Shown here piece by piece: positions 10,720 to 23,023 of a DNA stretch of 32,000 nt. The translations under genes and the position numbers were made by a program. Within the stretch, counting starts at the first letter, position 1. Each line of letters begins with the position of its first letter. The stretch spans positions 270,001 through 302,000 of the forward strand of contig NZ_CP097765.1 in assembly GCF_023585785.1 (NCBI RefSeq). The letters run 5' to 3'. This DNA is from Blochmannia endosymbiont of Camponotus modoc (GTDB lineage Bacteria; Pseudomonadota; Gammaproteobacteria; Enterobacterales; Enterobacteriaceae). The notes under the pieces were generated by a model. The model saw only the letters and a program-made list of their open reading frames with translations. It searched no databases and was not told the DNA's origin.

Positions 10720-11910
10720 TTAATCTGTTTTCCAATTTAATATTGCACTTACTAAAAGACGTCTTAGAAAGGTACTATAGTTAACAAAAAATAAACCCAT
10801 ATTTCGAGCAATAATCAACGGCAAGTAATGATTGCTAAATAAACGCACTAATCCATCGGTGATTTTAATAATCCTACATTGATCTAAATATCTGTGTTTT
10901 TGGTATCTGTTTAACACAGAATAGTCTCCAATATCTAAATTCTGATATAATGCTTGTGTCACTATTTTTGATAACACTACAATGTCACGCAATCCAAGAT
11001 TAAATCCTTGTCCGGCAATAGGATGTAAATTTTGTGCCGCATTTCCGACTAATGCCAATCTGTGACTAATATGGCTATTAGCCCTAGTTAACCAAAGATC
11101 GTAAAAATATCTCTTTCCTATATTCAAAATTTTTCCTAATTTCCATCCGAATACATTTTGCAATTCTTGAGAAAATTTATTCCTATTCCACGTAGATACC
11201 TCTTTTTGTTGCTTATCAGAAATACACCAAATTAAAAAACTAAAATCGTTAGCCATAGGTAATATGGCTAATGGTCCGTACTCTGTAAATTTTTCAAAAG
11301 CTCTTCCAAAATGAGGTATTTCAGTGGTAATTTTAGAAACTACAGCAATCTGTTGATAATTCCACCTGAACCATTGCATACCGCAACTGGCAGCTAGTGT
11401 TGAATCAGCACCATCTGCCGCTACCATTAATTTTGAAACTATTTGATGATCATTATTTAAAACAATTATGTTATTTTTTTTTTCGCGTTTAATTTTTTTT
11501 AAAGTTGCTGGACAATATACAGTTACAGTAGATTTATTATATAAAAAATCAAACAATTTCTTTCTAAAGATATTTAATTCGATAACATAACCTAATTCTG
11601 ATAATTGATAGTCTTGAGCATCAATAAATATTTTATTCAATCGATGATATTCACTAACCTCTACTTGTTTTATAATGGTAGAGCAAGAAGATAAAATTGG
11701 AGCCATATTAATGCGTATTAATTCAAAATAAGCACCTCGCGATAAAGCTATTACATGAGGTGGATATGTATTTGAAGACAATTTTGTATCATAACAATAA
11801 GGAGAATGTTGCTCTATCAAGGAGATTTCTAAATCTCCTTTTGTCAATTTAGATAACATTAAGGCTAGTATTGCCCCTGTCATTCCTCCACCATTTATAA
11901 CAATAGACAT
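10720..11910 (-). CDS. ubiH: 2-octaprenyl-6-methoxyphenyl hydroxylase
   Basis: 396 aa; SIVINGGGMTGAILALMLS, AADGADSTLAASCGM, LALVGNAAQNLHPIAGQGFNLGLRD, matching E. coli UbiH including GNAAQ. Confidence 0.95.
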   Translation of the reverse strand: MSIVINGGGMTGAILALMLSKLTKGDLEISLIEQHSPYCYDTKLSSNTYPPHVIALSRGAYFELIRINMAPILSSCSTIIKQVEVSEYHRLNKIFIDAQDYQLSELGYVIELNIFRKKLFDFLYNKSTVTVYCPATLKKIKREKKNNIIVLNNDHQIVSKLMVAADGADSTLAASCGMQWFRWNYQQIAVVSKITTEIPHFGRAFEKFTEYGPLAILPMANDFSFLIWCISDKQQKEVSTWNRNKFSQELQNVFGWKLGKILNIGKRYFYDLWLTRANSHISHRLALVGNAAQNLHPIAGQGFNLGLRDIVVLSKIVTQALYQNLDIGDYSVLNRYQKHRYLDQCRIIKITDGLVRLFSNHYLPLIIARNMGLFFVNYSTFLRRLLVSAILNWKTD

Positions 11911-12771
11911 CGATTATTATCTAACGTATGAATATAAAAATTTTAATATTGAACAAAAATATAGTATATGAATTAATATAATCAGACTTAATTTTTGCAA
12001 ATATTAGTATTATATATTTTTATAATGTAATTTATTTTAATTTAATATCTAACATAAGTTAGATAACTATATAACAATAAAAAACTCAATATGCAAACAT
12101 CTTTTGTAGAATTAACGCACCAATTAAATAAAGCATATTTACAGTTAACTTAAATATGAGTTTGATACATATATCGAAATATTTTTGCATTTTCTATTTA
12201 TTATGAACAATTACATTAAATCTAATTGCAATAATTCTTATTTGTTATAAGATACAAAATATGTTTATGCTATTAAATAACGCTTATAAAGATATAAGCA
12301 TTTATTGCAATATAATTTCAGTATTGTTAGTGTTTATGGCAAATAAACCTATTTTTATAATAAAATTAAGTGGGTTTTCAGTATATCAAATATGTATATT
12401 CAATATACTATTTTAAAATTCATATGGTTTTAAAATAATTTAATCGTACAAATGATGCGTAGTATACTTATGGACTACAAAGATATTCTATAAACTTATT
12501 GAAATATCCAATTTTTAATTTTACTACAATTTAAATTGCAGAAAAATTATATTTTTATGTAAGATATTTTTTATGTTTAAATATTTTTACACATTCAAAA
12601 ATTATTAATTATTGAATGTGTAAAAATAAAATAATAATTTTTATGGTTTTTTAATCAAATATTCATATACAAAACAAATTTCTATATATGCGTACAACCA
12701 TTATAGTAATTATTATTGTATTGTATAATCATTGAAAAATATAAATAAATTATAATTTCCAGGAAAGAAAT

Positions 12772-13116
12772 ATGCCTGAACAACCAATAGATATTCAAAT
12801 TTTAGGTCGAACACTACGTATCAATTGTCCGCCTCAACAACAGGATGCTTTAAATAAGGCAGTAGAGGATTTAACTCAACGTTTGCAGGATTTAAAAATT
12901 AGAACAAGGGTAACTAATGCTGAACAATTAGTATTTATAGTTGCTTTAAATATATGTCATGAATTAGCTCAGGAAAAATTAAAAACGCGTGAATATGCAG
13001 CTAACATTGAGAAACATATTCTGTTATTACAACAAACTATCGAAAAAGCCTTAATTGCACATACTCATATTACTGAGCATGCTAATAGATCACTGGAATG
13101 CTCTGAACACGCATAA
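12772..13116 (+). CDS. zapA: Cell division protein ZapA
   Basis: 114 aa; [59 protein letters not shown]. Confidence 0.95.
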   Translation: MPEQPIDIQILGRTLRINCPPQQQDALNKAVEDLTQRLQDLKIRTRVTNAEQLVFIVALNICHELAQEKLKTREYAANIEKHILLLQQTIEKALIAHTHITEHANRSLECSEHA

Positions 13117-13261
13117 ATTATTATATTATATTATATATTTTGTGTGCAGACATAATAAGATCATCAGAATAATGAATGTAGATAGACATTATAGTTAACA
13201 TTATTTTTAGGATAAACAGCGTATAAATATGCTGTATTCATATCAATGAATTCAATCTAAT

Positions 13262-13873
13262 ATGTATGTTGATGACAAAAAATTATACAGAAAATTTCTT
13301 CGTATGTACATACGAAGTATACGTAGAACTTTAACGTTTCAAGAACAATACACAGCGGCACAATTAATAACTAACAAAATTATGACTATAAATCATATAT
13401 ACAGATCAACGCGTATAGCGGCGTTTATTGCGTTTGATGGAGAAATAAATACTACTTTGCTCATTAGAGCTTTGTTATTGATGCATAAACAGATATATTT
13501 ACCAATTCTGCCTGATTCAGGGTCTAAATGCTTATTGTTTGCACGATATACATTTTCAACACCTCTTATATGCAATCATTTAAATATATATGAACCGAAA
13601 TGGAATGTTCGTTCTGTTATTCCTATAGAAAAAATAGATGTTATATTTGTTCCATTAGTCGCATTTGATACTAGTGGAAATCGATTAGGCATGGGTGGCG
13701 GTTTTTATGATAGAACTTTACAAAACTGGAAACATCAAAGCAATTATATACCTATAGGATTAGCACATGATTTTCAAAGAATACCTACCCAATTGCTTCC
13801 TATAGAAACATGGGATATCATGTTGCCAGAAATTATTACTCCATCTTATCATTTGATTGTAGATACGCATTAA
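13262..13873 (+). CDS. fau: 5-formyltetrahydrofolate cyclo-ligase family protein
   Basis: 203 aa; YLPILPDSGSKCLLFARY, IFVPLVAFDTSGNRLGMGGGFYDRTL, PIGLAHDFQ; sits after zapA as in E. coli (ygfA/fau). Confidence 0.93.
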   Translation: MYVDDKKLYRKFLRMYIRSIRRTLTFQEQYTAAQLITNKIMTINHIYRSTRIAAFIAFDGEINTTLLIRALLLMHKQIYLPILPDSGSKCLLFARYTFSTPLICNHLNIYEPKWNVRSVIPIEKIDVIFVPLVAFDTSGNRLGMGGGFYDRTLQNWKHQSNYIPIGLAHDFQRIPTQLLPIETWDIMLPEIITPSYHLIVDTH

Positions 13874-14116
13874 ACAATACTTTGAAAGGCATTGTTGTTT
13901 GTAATGTTTAGTTCTGTAATAATTACATTTTTTGAATACGGATAGGGGTTTGATGTATTCTCAACAATGGATATTAATTAATTTGCATTTATTATTAATA
14001 ATATCTTGATAACGATCGTATTAAAAATATATTGCTTTATACTGACATATAAATTGTCAATAATTTTTAGTGTTATATTTTTAAAATTTAATTTTTCTAT
14101 TAGCATAGAAAAAGAT

Positions 14117-14773
14117 TTATTTAATTATTTTTATACCTTCTCTTGTCCCAATTAATACTATATCTGCTCGTCTTTTTGCGAATATACCAACACTCACTAC
14201 TCCTGGAATATTATTAATTTTGGTTTCTAATAGTGACGCATTTACAATCTTCATGTTATATACGTCTAATATATTATTACCATTATCAGTAACTACATTA
14301 TGTCGATATTCTGGTAAGCCACCTAAACGCACCAATTCTCTTGCTACTAATGAGCGAGCCATGGGAATAACTTCTATTGGTAAGGGACCGCGTCCTAATA
14401 TATTTACTTGTTTACTGCTGTCAACGATACAAATAAATTTTTTAGCTGCAGCAGCAATAATTTTTTCTTTGGTCAAAGCTCCACCCTTACCTTTAATCAT
14501 TTGCATATGTGAATCAATTTCATCGGCACTGTCAACATATACATCTAATTCGTGTAAGCTATTAAGATTACATAGAGGAATACCTATTTTTTTTAATTGA
14601 TTAGATGAGTAATTTGAACTGGAAACCACGCCTTCTATTTTTTCCTTTATACTGTTTAGTGCTTCAATAAAATATGTAACAGTAGAGCCTGTTCCCACTC
14701 CTATAATTCTGCTAGATTGAATATATTTTAAAGCTGCCCAACCTACTGATTTTTTTAATTTATTTTGTACCAT
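14117..14773 (-). CDS. rpiA: Ribose-5-phosphate isomerase A (start re-assigned to internal Met, [18 protein letters not shown])
   Basis: [71 protein letters not shown]. coli protein starts MTQDELKKAVGWAALQYV, so 14773 is a better start than 14815. Confidence 0.95.
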   Translation of the reverse strand: MVQNKLKKSVGWAALKYIQSSRIIGVGTGSTVTYFIEALNSIKEKIEGVVSSSNYSSNQLKKIGIPLCNLNSLHELDVYVDSADEIDSHMQMIKGKGGALTKEKIIAAAAKKFICIVDSSKQVNILGRGPLPIEVIPMARSLVARELVRLGGLPEYRHNVVTDNGNNILDVYNMKIVNASLLETKINNIPGVVSVGIFAKRRADIVLIGTREGIKIIK

Positions 14774-15113
14774 ACAACACCCATACAAGACGTATATTAT
14801 ATAATTAGCACACACTAATTTGATCTATTATTATTGATGTTTAATAATAATTTTCGTTTTATATAGATCAAAAAACGATATTCAATGGGGAATTAAAACC
14901 ATACATCAGATAAGTTTTATGATTCATTTAGGAATTGCACTCCATAAACAAGAAACAGGTTTTATGATTTATTTATATTGAAATTTAATTAAATCTTATT
15001 TGTCGTAATCATAATATTAATAATATTCATCAAATTTAACTTCATATAACTCGAATTTTATTCGATACACGAATCTGATCTAATACATTACAATTTGTTA
15101 TTAAAAAATTGTT

Positions 15114-16196
15114 TTACAAAATATTAACAGCATTTAAAGTGTAAAATATTTTTTCTAAATACTTAATCATTGATTTTTGTCCTGCACGAATCCAGATACG
15201 TGGGTCATAAAATTTTTTATTTGGTTGATCGTTTCCATATGGATTACCTAATTGAGTCTGAAGAAAGCTTTTATTATGTTGGTAGTATTTTAAAATACCT
15301 CCCCAAGTAGCCCACTGTATATCAGTGTCAATGTTCATTTTTACAACACCGTAACTGATAGCTTCTTTAATTTCTTCTTCTGTAGATCCAGATCCTCCGT
15401 GAAATACTAAATTTAAAAAATTGTCAGGTAATCCAAATTTATTGGAAACGTGTTTTTGTGATTTTTGAAGAATTTTTGGATCTAATCGTATGTTTCCTGG
15501 TTTGTATACACCATGTACATTTCCAAATGATGCAGCTATAATAAATCGAGGACTGATAATATGTAATTTTTCATAAGCATAAGTTATATCTTCTGGGTTT
15601 GTATATAAAAGTGAACGATCTAAATGATGGTGATCTATGCCATCTTCTTCTCCTCCGGTACAACCTAATTCTATTTCTAAAGTCATATTTAATTTGTGCA
15701 TACGATTTAGATACTGTGAGCTAATTTCTATGTTTTCTTTTAAAGATTCTTCAGATAAATCAATCATATGAGATGAAAATAATGGACTACCAGTTTCATC
15801 AAAATGCTTTTTACCTAAATCTAATAGAGCATTAATCCAAGGCAAATTTTTTTTAGTACAATGATCAGTATGTAAAATCACAGGAATACCATAATGTTTA
15901 GAAATGTGATGTACATGTAAACTGCCAGAGATAGCCCCTAATACTGCTGTATTATGATCATTTTTATCACTATTTAAACCATATCCTGCCATGAAAGCAG
16001 ATCCTTTTTTAGAAAACTGTAAAATAATAGGGGACTGCATATTAGCTGCAGATTCTAGTGCAGCATTAATTGAATCCATTCCTATACAGTTTACCGCTGG
16101 TAAAGCAAAATTGTTTTTTTTTGCAAAATCAAATATTTTCTGCACATTATTTCCAGTAACTACGCCTGGCTTTATAAAATCGAGGATCTTAGTCAT
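15114..16196 (-). CDS. fbaA: Class II fructose-bisphosphate aldolase
   Basis: 360 aa; HTDHCTKKNLPWIN, EIELGCTGGEEDGID, FGNVHGVYKPGN, LVFHGGSGSTEEEI, KMNIDTDIQWATW. Confidence 0.98.
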   Translation of the reverse strand: MTKILDFIKPGVVTGNNVQKIFDFAKKNNFALPAVNCIGMDSINAALESAANMQSPIILQFSKKGSAFMAGYGLNSDKNDHNTAVLGAISGSLHVHHISKHYGIPVILHTDHCTKKNLPWINALLDLGKKHFDETGSPLFSSHMIDLSEESLKENIEISSQYLNRMHKLNMTLEIELGCTGGEEDGIDHHHLDRSLLYTNPEDITYAYEKLHIISPRFIIAASFGNVHGVYKPGNIRLDPKILQKSQKHVSNKFGLPDNFLNLVFHGGSGSTEEEIKEAISYGVVKMNIDTDIQWATWGGILKYYQHNKSFLQTQLGNPYGNDQPNKKFYDPRIWIRAGQKSMIKYLEKIFYTLNAVNIL

Positions 16197-16279
16197 TTAT
16201 TTTCTTCTGTTGTTAATGAAAAAATACATCGACAAGATTATTTAAATATAGTCGTATGTACTTTCATATATAATACTAA

Positions 16280-17464
16280 TTAATTCATGTCATTTAAAGC
16301 ATGTTTTTCAAGCATTTTTACTGATGGAAACGTTTTACCTTCAATGAATTCTAAAAAAGCGCCGCCTCCGGTAGAAATATAAGAAATTTGATCAGAAATA
16401 TCGAATAAATCAATAGCCATTAAAGTATCACCGCCTCCGACGATAGAAAAAGCATTACTTTTAGCAATAGCATGGGATATCATTTCTGTGCCTTTTCTGA
16501 AATTTGGAAACTCAAATACTCCAATAGGACCGTTCCACAGAATAGTTTTAGCGCAATTTAAAATATCTAATATTCGAGTAATAGATTCATCACCTAAGTC
16601 AAGAATTTGCTCATCATCTTTAATATCAATTATAGCTTTCATAGTGACTGGAGCCGTTTCAGAAAATTCTGTACTTACTCGTACATCAGTAAGAATAGGT
16701 ATATCACAATTTTCTAAAAGACGTTTTGCTGTAGGTATAAGTTCCTCTTCATATAAAGATTTACCTACTTTTTTTCCTTGAGCTGCTAAAAAGGTATTTG
16801 CGATACCTCCTCCTACTATCAAATAATCTGCAACTTTTGATAAAGAATCTAAAACAATCAATTTAGTAGATACTTTAGACCCCCCAACTATTGCAACCAT
16901 TGGTCTCATAGGATTACATAAGGCCTTTCCTAAAGCTTCTAGTTCTTTTTGCAATAAAAGCCCAGAACAAGCTGAAGTAACAAATTTACCTATACCGTGT
17001 GTAGACGCCTGTGTACGGTGAGCACTACCAAACGCATCCATAATAAATACATCACATAACATGGCGTATTTCTTTGATAATATCTCATCATCTTTTTTTT
17101 CTCCTTTGTTAAATCGTACATTTTCTAAAACTAAAAGCTCTCCTTCCATAAAGTTTACTCCCTCTAAATAATCTTTAACCAGACGCACTTCTTTGACATA
17201 TCGATTAATCAATTGTTTCTTTAAATATTCAACCACGGGCTGTAAGGAAAATTGAGCATTATATTCTCCTTCTATTGGTCGACCCAGATGAGAAGTTACC
17301 ATAACATGTTTACTGTTCTTTAAAGCCAATTTAATAGTAGGTAAGGATGCATGAATTTTTCTATTAGAAGTAATGACTCCATTTTTAACAGGTACGTTTA
17401 AATCAGAACGAATTAAAACACGTTTACCCGTTAGGTCTAAATCAGTTATTTTGATCATAGTCAT
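16280..17464 (-). CDS. pgk: Phosphoglycerate kinase
   Basis: 394 aa; [71 protein letters not shown]. Confidence 0.99.
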   Translation of the reverse strand: MTMIKITDLDLTGKRVLIRSDLNVPVKNGVITSNRKIHASLPTIKLALKNSKHVMVTSHLGRPIEGEYNAQFSLQPVVEYLKKQLINRYVKEVRLVKDYLEGVNFMEGELLVLENVRFNKGEKKDDEILSKKYAMLCDVFIMDAFGSAHRTQASTHGIGKFVTSACSGLLLQKELEALGKALCNPMRPMVAIVGGSKVSTKLIVLDSLSKVADYLIVGGGIANTFLAAQGKKVGKSLYEEELIPTAKRLLENCDIPILTDVRVSTEFSETAPVTMKAIIDIKDDEQILDLGDESITRILDILNCAKTILWNGPIGVFEFPNFRKGTEMISHAIAKSNAFSIVGGGDTLMAIDLFDISDQISYISTGGGAFLEFIEGKTFPSVKMLEKHALNDMN

Positions 17465-17964
17465 GATAGGTAACCTTTTAAATGTGAGGCAATATAGATA
17501 GTAATATATTTGATGATGAAAAAATATTTTTTATTTATCTATATATCCATATTTTTAGTTTAGTTTATTAGTCAACAACTGAATAAAATAAATAATATAT
17601 AACTTAAAATAAATTTAATTTTTCAAAATAATTAATTAATAACATAGAAACTTTAAAAAATTAACGTATTGTAAATAGCTACTATATACTGAACAGTGTT
17701 AACATGCATTAGGAAACATGCAATGTCTGATGGGAGCATAAGGCGCTGATTACTTAATAACAATCTGATTTATAAATCATTTATGAATTTAGTGTTGTAA
17801 TCATATAATCATTTGACATGTTACGTAACTAATATTATAAGCATTGTTGATTTGATGTTAGTATTGAGCATTTAAATATAATACCAATTTTATAATGCGA
17901 CGTTATTTTTTTTTGCGTGATTAATTGCGGTGTTTAATTAATGAATAACATACTAAATTAATTT

Positions 17965-18885
17965 TTAATTCTTCTTGGATTTCACTTGAGTATAAAGCAT
18001 TTCCAACCCTATTGTAGCCGCTGCTAAAGCAGTAATCTGTGCGCAATCGTAAGCTGGAGCTACCTCTACTAAATCAATACCTATAATATTTAAATGTTGA
18101 AAACCTCGTATTAATTTTAATACACGGTAACTTGTTAATCCTCCAATTACTGGAGTCCCAGTACCAGGCGCTATAGACGGATCCAAACAATCAATATCGA
18201 AAGTTAAATACACTGGAAAGGATTGAGCGATTGATGTTATTTTATTTATAATAATATCAATGTTAGTGTCATTAACATACTCCACATCTAGCACTGTAAA
18301 TCCGAAACATTTTTTGTATTCGGTACGAATACCAATTTGTATTGAATGTACAGGATCTATTAATTTTTCATTAAGAGCATGTAATATTACAACACCGTGA
18401 TCATATTTACTATCGTTATTATAGTAATCTGCATGTGCGTCAAAGTGTATTATTGCTATTTTTTCAAAAAATTTTGCATACGCACGTAATATAGGCAATG
18501 TGATATAATGGTCCCCTCCAAATGATAACATTTTTTTTCCAGACATTAGTAAATTTTCAGCATGGTTTTGTAGAGAACTGGTGAAATCTTGTATGTCTCC
18601 AGATTTGTATATTAAATCTCCGCAGTCAACTACGTGTAAATTCTCGCGTATATTCACGCTCCAAGGCCAACGAAAATGTTCCCAGGCTAAATTAATAGAT
18701 GCTTGTCTAATAGCGGTTGGTCCAAATCTACTGCCTGAGCGACCAGAAGTAGCCATATCAAAAGGAACCCCAGTAATTACCCAATCACTATTACTATTAT
18801 AAGGATCAAATTCTAATGGAAATCGTAAAAATCCAAAGGAATTCGAAAATAAGGAGTTATCATTTTTATAATTCAAAGTATTCAT
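17965..18885 (-). CDS. speB: Agmatinase (arginase/agmatinase family)
   Basis: 306 aa; [52 protein letters not shown]; metal ligands retained. Confidence 0.96.
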   Translation of the reverse strand: MNTLNYKNDNSLFSNSFGFLRFPLEFDPYNSNSDWVITGVPFDMATSGRSGSRFGPTAIRQASINLAWEHFRWPWSVNIRENLHVVDCGDLIYKSGDIQDFTSSLQNHAENLLMSGKKMLSFGGDHYITLPILRAYAKFFEKIAIIHFDAHADYYNNDSKYDHGVVILHALNEKLIDPVHSIQIGIRTEYKKCFGFTVLDVEYVNDTNIDIIINKITSIAQSFPVYLTFDIDCLDPSIAPGTGTPVIGGLTSYRVLKLIRGFQHLNIIGIDLVEVAPAYDCAQITALAAATIGLEMLYTQVKSKKN

Positions 18886-19637
18886 GCATTTCCTTTGTTT
18901 AATTAATTTTATAAACAGTCTATTATATATAAAATATAGTTTGAGTACAATTAAATAGAATATTTGTATAAATTGATATTTCTAAAAATTTTTATATAGT
19001 CTGTCGACACAGTTGCAGTCAAACAAGTTTCTCAAATTTAAAAAATTTCTAGAAATATGTTCAAATAAACCTGTACTCAAATGTATGATGATGTCTATAT
19101 AGTAAATAAATTACAAACAAGACTTATTTTTATTTATTTTTTAATTTAATTATTTTCTATAACACAAGACGCAAATATTTTATTATAAAAATGATTAAAA
19201 TAAGATATTTGGTTTATATAAGTATTGAATATCGTCAGAATTTTTAAATTTATATACACAATGATATTGAATAAGATAACTTTACTTGTTAATAAATTAA
19301 TTAAAAATATGATTCAATAATATAAATGAATAAGTGCATAAAAAATTTAATTAATAATGATACTTATATAAGTATCAGATGAACAGTATTAGAAACAGAC
19401 ATATTTTCAGAAAATTTTGATCACAATCTATTAATAGTTCATATAGCTACTTTATCAATATTTGATATGTAAATTTAATAATATTAAATTACTATTAAAT
19501 ACGAAAAGGAAGTATAATATGTTGGTAATTTATGTCAAATAATTTTATGCATATGATTAACTCAAATAAATTTACTATACCTATATTGGATCATACTCAT
19601 ATAAGTCGCGAAATTTATACTAAAAAGGATATAAAAA

Positions 19638-20807
19638 ATGTCGCAATATTCGTTTACATCTGAGTCCGTATCAGAAGGACATCCAGATAAAATTGCAGAT
19701 CAGATTTCTGATGCTATACTGGATTCTATCTTAGCGCAGGATCCAAGAGCTCGTGTTGCGTGTGAAACTTATGTTAAGACAGGTATAGTAATAATGGGTG
19801 GGGAAATTACTACCACTGCTTGGGTAAATATGGAAGAAATCGCTAGAAACACCATTCGCGATATTGGTTATGTTCATTCAGATATGGGGTTTGATGCAAA
19901 TTCTTGCGTAATATTGAGTGTAATTAATAAACAATCTTCAGATATTCAATATAGTATTGATCAAGGCAATACAAGTACATTACAACGAGGAGCAGGTGAT
20001 CAGGGATTAATGTTTGGATATGCTACTAATGAAACTAATGTTTTAATGCCTGCTCCGATAACATATGCGCATCGTTTGATTAGAAGAAAATCTCAAGTGA
20101 GAAAAAGTGGAGTGTTACCTTGGTTGGGATTAGATGCCAAAAGCCAAGTAACTGTTGCTTATGAGAATGGCAAGATCATTGGTATCACCGCTGTTGTCTT
20201 GTCTATTCAACATGCTTATGATATAAAGTTAACAGATTTGAAAGAAGCTGCTATGGAAGAAATTATTAAACCAGTGCTACCCAACAAATGGTTGTCTAAT
20301 AGCACCACATTTCTTATCAATCCTGGTGGGCGTTTTGTTATCGGAGGTCCTATTAGTGATTGTGGTTTAACTGGAAGAAAAATCATCGTAGATACCTATG
20401 GAGGTGTAGCTCGGCATGGTGGCGGATCTTTTTCTGGAAAAGATCCATCAAAAGTAGATCGTTCGGCTGCTTACGGAGCGAGATATGTAGCTAAAAATAT
20501 TGTAGCGGCTGGATTAGCGGATCGTTGTGAGCTTCAAGTGTCCTATGCAATTGGTGTTCCGCATCCAATTTCTATGAGCATTGAAACTTTTGGAACAGAA
20601 AAAATATCACATGACATTTTAATGAAATTAATAAAAAATTTTTTTGATTTTCGTCCTTATGGTTTAATTGCTATGTTAGATTTATTAAAACCAATTTACA
20701 AAAAAACAGCTGTTTATGGACATTTTGGTCGTGAATGTTTTCCTTGGGAAAAAATTGATAAGGCTGAACTTCTTCGGGATGCAGCTGGTTTGAAATGTAC
20801 ACCTTAA
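19638..20807 (+). CDS. metK: S-adenosylmethionine synthetase
   Basis: 389 aa; [91 protein letters not shown]. Confidence 0.99.
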   Translation: MSQYSFTSESVSEGHPDKIADQISDAILDSILAQDPRARVACETYVKTGIVIMGGEITTTAWVNMEEIARNTIRDIGYVHSDMGFDANSCVILSVINKQSSDIQYSIDQGNTSTLQRGAGDQGLMFGYATNETNVLMPAPITYAHRLIRRKSQVRKSGVLPWLGLDAKSQVTVAYENGKIIGITAVVLSIQHAYDIKLTDLKEAAMEEIIKPVLPNKWLSNSTTFLINPGGRFVIGGPISDCGLTGRKIIVDTYGGVARHGGGSFSGKDPSKVDRSAAYGARYVAKNIVAAGLADRCELQVSYAIGVPHPISMSIETFGTEKISHDILMKLIKNFFDFRPYGLIAMLDLLKPIYKKTAVYGHFGRECFPWEKIDKAELLRDAAGLKCTP

Positions 20808-21264
20808 TAATATTTACATATTTATTTTTAAGTTGATTTATAATGATTTTATTAATATAGAATATATAATGTGTTAAAACAATGATTATACAATAAGAAG
20901 ATTGATATTGTTCGTGTATGTAATATGTATATGTTTATATAAAAATTAAAATTATAGCATGTGTTATTTGAGAATCTACATGTTGATATGTTGTGTAATT
21001 AATCGTTGATTTTTTAAATTTAAAATTTTTTTTAGTTTAATTAAAATTTTATTTAAATATTCTCATTATAAATATTGTGTTAACAAAGAACACAAAGTCA
21101 TGTGTTAATAATAATTAAAAAATTTTAATACTTAAATTGAATTGTGGTTTGCATAAAAATAAATCAATTATAATTGATAACAAAGATGTGAATTATTTAA
21201 GAAAAAATAATTAATTTAAATTTTTAAACTTTGTATTTTTAACAAATAAATTTATAAGTAATTT

Positions 21265-21849
21265 ATGTTAACACCACATAAGATAATAAATTTACAAAAT
21301 CATTTTTTAATAGCTATGCCTGCACTGCAAGATCCATTATTTAAACAATCAGTGGTATATATTTGTGAACATAATGATACAGGTGCTATGGGCATTGTCA
21401 TTAATAAACTAGTGACACGATGTACGGTAGAAACTATATTAAACAACCTAAAGATTGTATCCCCCACGCGCGATCCGTCTATTCGATTAGATAATCCAGT
21501 GTTTTCTGGAGGGCCCTTATTAGATGATCGAGGTTTCATTTTACATACTCCTATAAAGGGTTTTGGTTCTAGTGTTAACATTTCTTCAAAAGCTATGATT
21601 ACTACTTCTAGAGATATTTTAGAAACTTTAGGAACCCCTAATCAGCCAAAGGATGTATTGGTGGCACTTGGGTATTCTGGATGGGATAAAGGTCAATTAG
21701 AACATGAATTAATGGAAAATACTTGGCTTACTGCTCCGGCTAATGAAACAATTTTATTTCATACTCCTATTATTGATCGTTGGCGCGCAGCTGCAAAAAT
21801 ATTAGGAATTAATATTTATAATATTGCTGATCAGACAGGTCATGCATGA
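21265..21849 (+). CDS. yqgE: YqgE/AlgH family protein
   Basis: [70 protein letters not shown]. Actual start may be slightly internal. Confidence 0.95.
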   Translation: MLTPHKIINLQNHFLIAMPALQDPLFKQSVVYICEHNDTGAMGIVINKLVTRCTVETILNNLKIVSPTRDPSIRLDNPVFSGGPLLDDRGFILHTPIKGFGSSVNISSKAMITTSRDILETLGTPNQPKDVLVALGYSGWDKGQLEHELMENTWLTAPANETILFHTPIIDRWRAAAKILGINIYNIADQTGHA

Positions 21850-22274
21850 TGTCAAATGTTGGCATAGTTATGGGTTTCGATTTTGGTACTAAGCACATAG
21901 GAGTGGCTATTGGTCAAAAATTGACTTATACTGCACAACCTCTGACTGTATTACAGTCGCAATCTGGTGTTCCTAATTGGAAACGTATCAAAGATATTTA
22001 TAATACGTGGAAACCCATTATTTTAGTAGTAGGATTACCTTTAAAAATAGATGGCAGTGAACAACCTATTACGATTTTAGCAAAGATATTTGCCATACAA
22101 CTCAAAGAACTGTTTCCTGTTACGGTCAAAATGCACGATGAGCGTTTTAGTACAAGTGAAGCACGTTTAAACTATCTTGAATATTATCATGATGATTCAC
22201 GTGCTAGACCGAATATTAAAATCAATGCAATTGCAGCTGGAGTAATTTTAAAAAGTTGGTTGAACAAATCTTAA
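21846..22274 (+). CDS. ruvX: Putative pre-16S rRNA nuclease / Holliday junction resolvase-like YqgF
   Basis: [44 protein letters not shown]; start overlaps end of yqgE, as in related genomes. Confidence 0.95.
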   Translation: MMSNVGIVMGFDFGTKHIGVAIGQKLTYTAQPLTVLQSQSGVPNWKRIKDIYNTWKPIILVVGLPLKIDGSEQPITILAKIFAIQLKELFPVTVKMHDERFSTSEARLNYLEYYHDDSRARPNIKINAIAAGVILKSWLNKS

Positions 22275-22986
22275 GTACAAAAAATAATGTTTCCTATATA
22301 AATAGGATAAAAAAATAATAATTAAATATTAGAAATAATATTAATTATGGTAATAATGTTCAATTTTAATAATTGTTTTTTATTATTTGTTATTTTAAAA
22401 ATTTTTTTAATAATGTAAAAAATGATAATGTGTTCAATGTTTAAATATATCATATTCATTTAAATATATAAATTTTATTTTATAGGTAAGAAGAGATATT
22501 AATTTTTTAATAAAAAATATTGACTGATTTTTTTAACATATTGATGTTTTTAGTTCACGCATCAACTATCATGATTGGAAATATATTTCCAGGTGGTACT
22601 AAAATATAGGTTTAAAAAATATATTGATTTGCAATGAAAATAATAATGAGAAATTTACTCAATTTTATTAGTTTTGTATAATTTGATTACAATTAAAAGG
22701 TAATTTTAAATTTTGATAGATGATTGTAGTTATAAATATTTTATAAATTTTAAATTTCAATTGAATAAGAGTATTTAAAATATTTTGTTTGTTTTTTATT
22801 TATATTTTTTGAGATAGGGTATCAGTATGAATGAAATAAATTAGAAATTGTAATAATGGATAAAAAATCGGTTGTATTAATTGAGACAAATCAGCAGCAC
22901 AGTGTCACATCAAATAATGTTTGTGATATCATTTTTTATTTCTAATAAAAATTAGATGATAAAAATCTATAACTTTTAATAAAAAT

Positions 22987-23023
22987 GTGCACATGCGTTT
23001 ATTGCGAATAAATGCATGTGCGC
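22987..23023. repeat. Strong imperfect inverted repeat (17-bp stem including G.U pairs, 3-nt loop)
   Basis: gtgcacatgcgtttatt-gcg-aataaatgcatgtgcgc. On the minus strand it is followed by ATTTTTATT. Confidence 0.6.

Noticed and set aside
13117-13261. Possible 6S RNA (ssrS), which lies between zapA and fau in E. coli
   Set aside because: Only ~145 bp of AT-rich sequence, shorter than 6S RNA and lacking the long closing stem and GC-rich conserved segments; only a small AACAGC...GCTGT stem is visible.
13393-13575. Minus-strand ORF inside fau
   Set aside because: Antisense shadow of a conserved gene.
14220-14600. Plus-strand ORF of 126 aa antisense to rpiA
   Set aside because: Shadow ORF opposite a clearly homologous gene.
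15991-16245. Plus-strand ORF over the fbaA start
   Set aside because: Antisense shadow ORF; no recognisable motif.
16488-16781. Plus-strand ORF antisense to pgk
   Set aside because: Shadow of conserved pgk motifs.
18581-18802. Plus-strand ORF antisense to speB
   Set aside because: Shadow ORF; no family match.
21300-21581. Minus-strand ORF antisense to yqgE
   Set aside because: Shadow ORF; yqgE homology on the plus strand is clear.
22856-22945. 29-codon frame MDKKSVVLIETNQQHSVTSNNVCDIIFYF
   Set aside because: Weak Shine-Dalgarno and no recognisable family; too short to call without conservation data.
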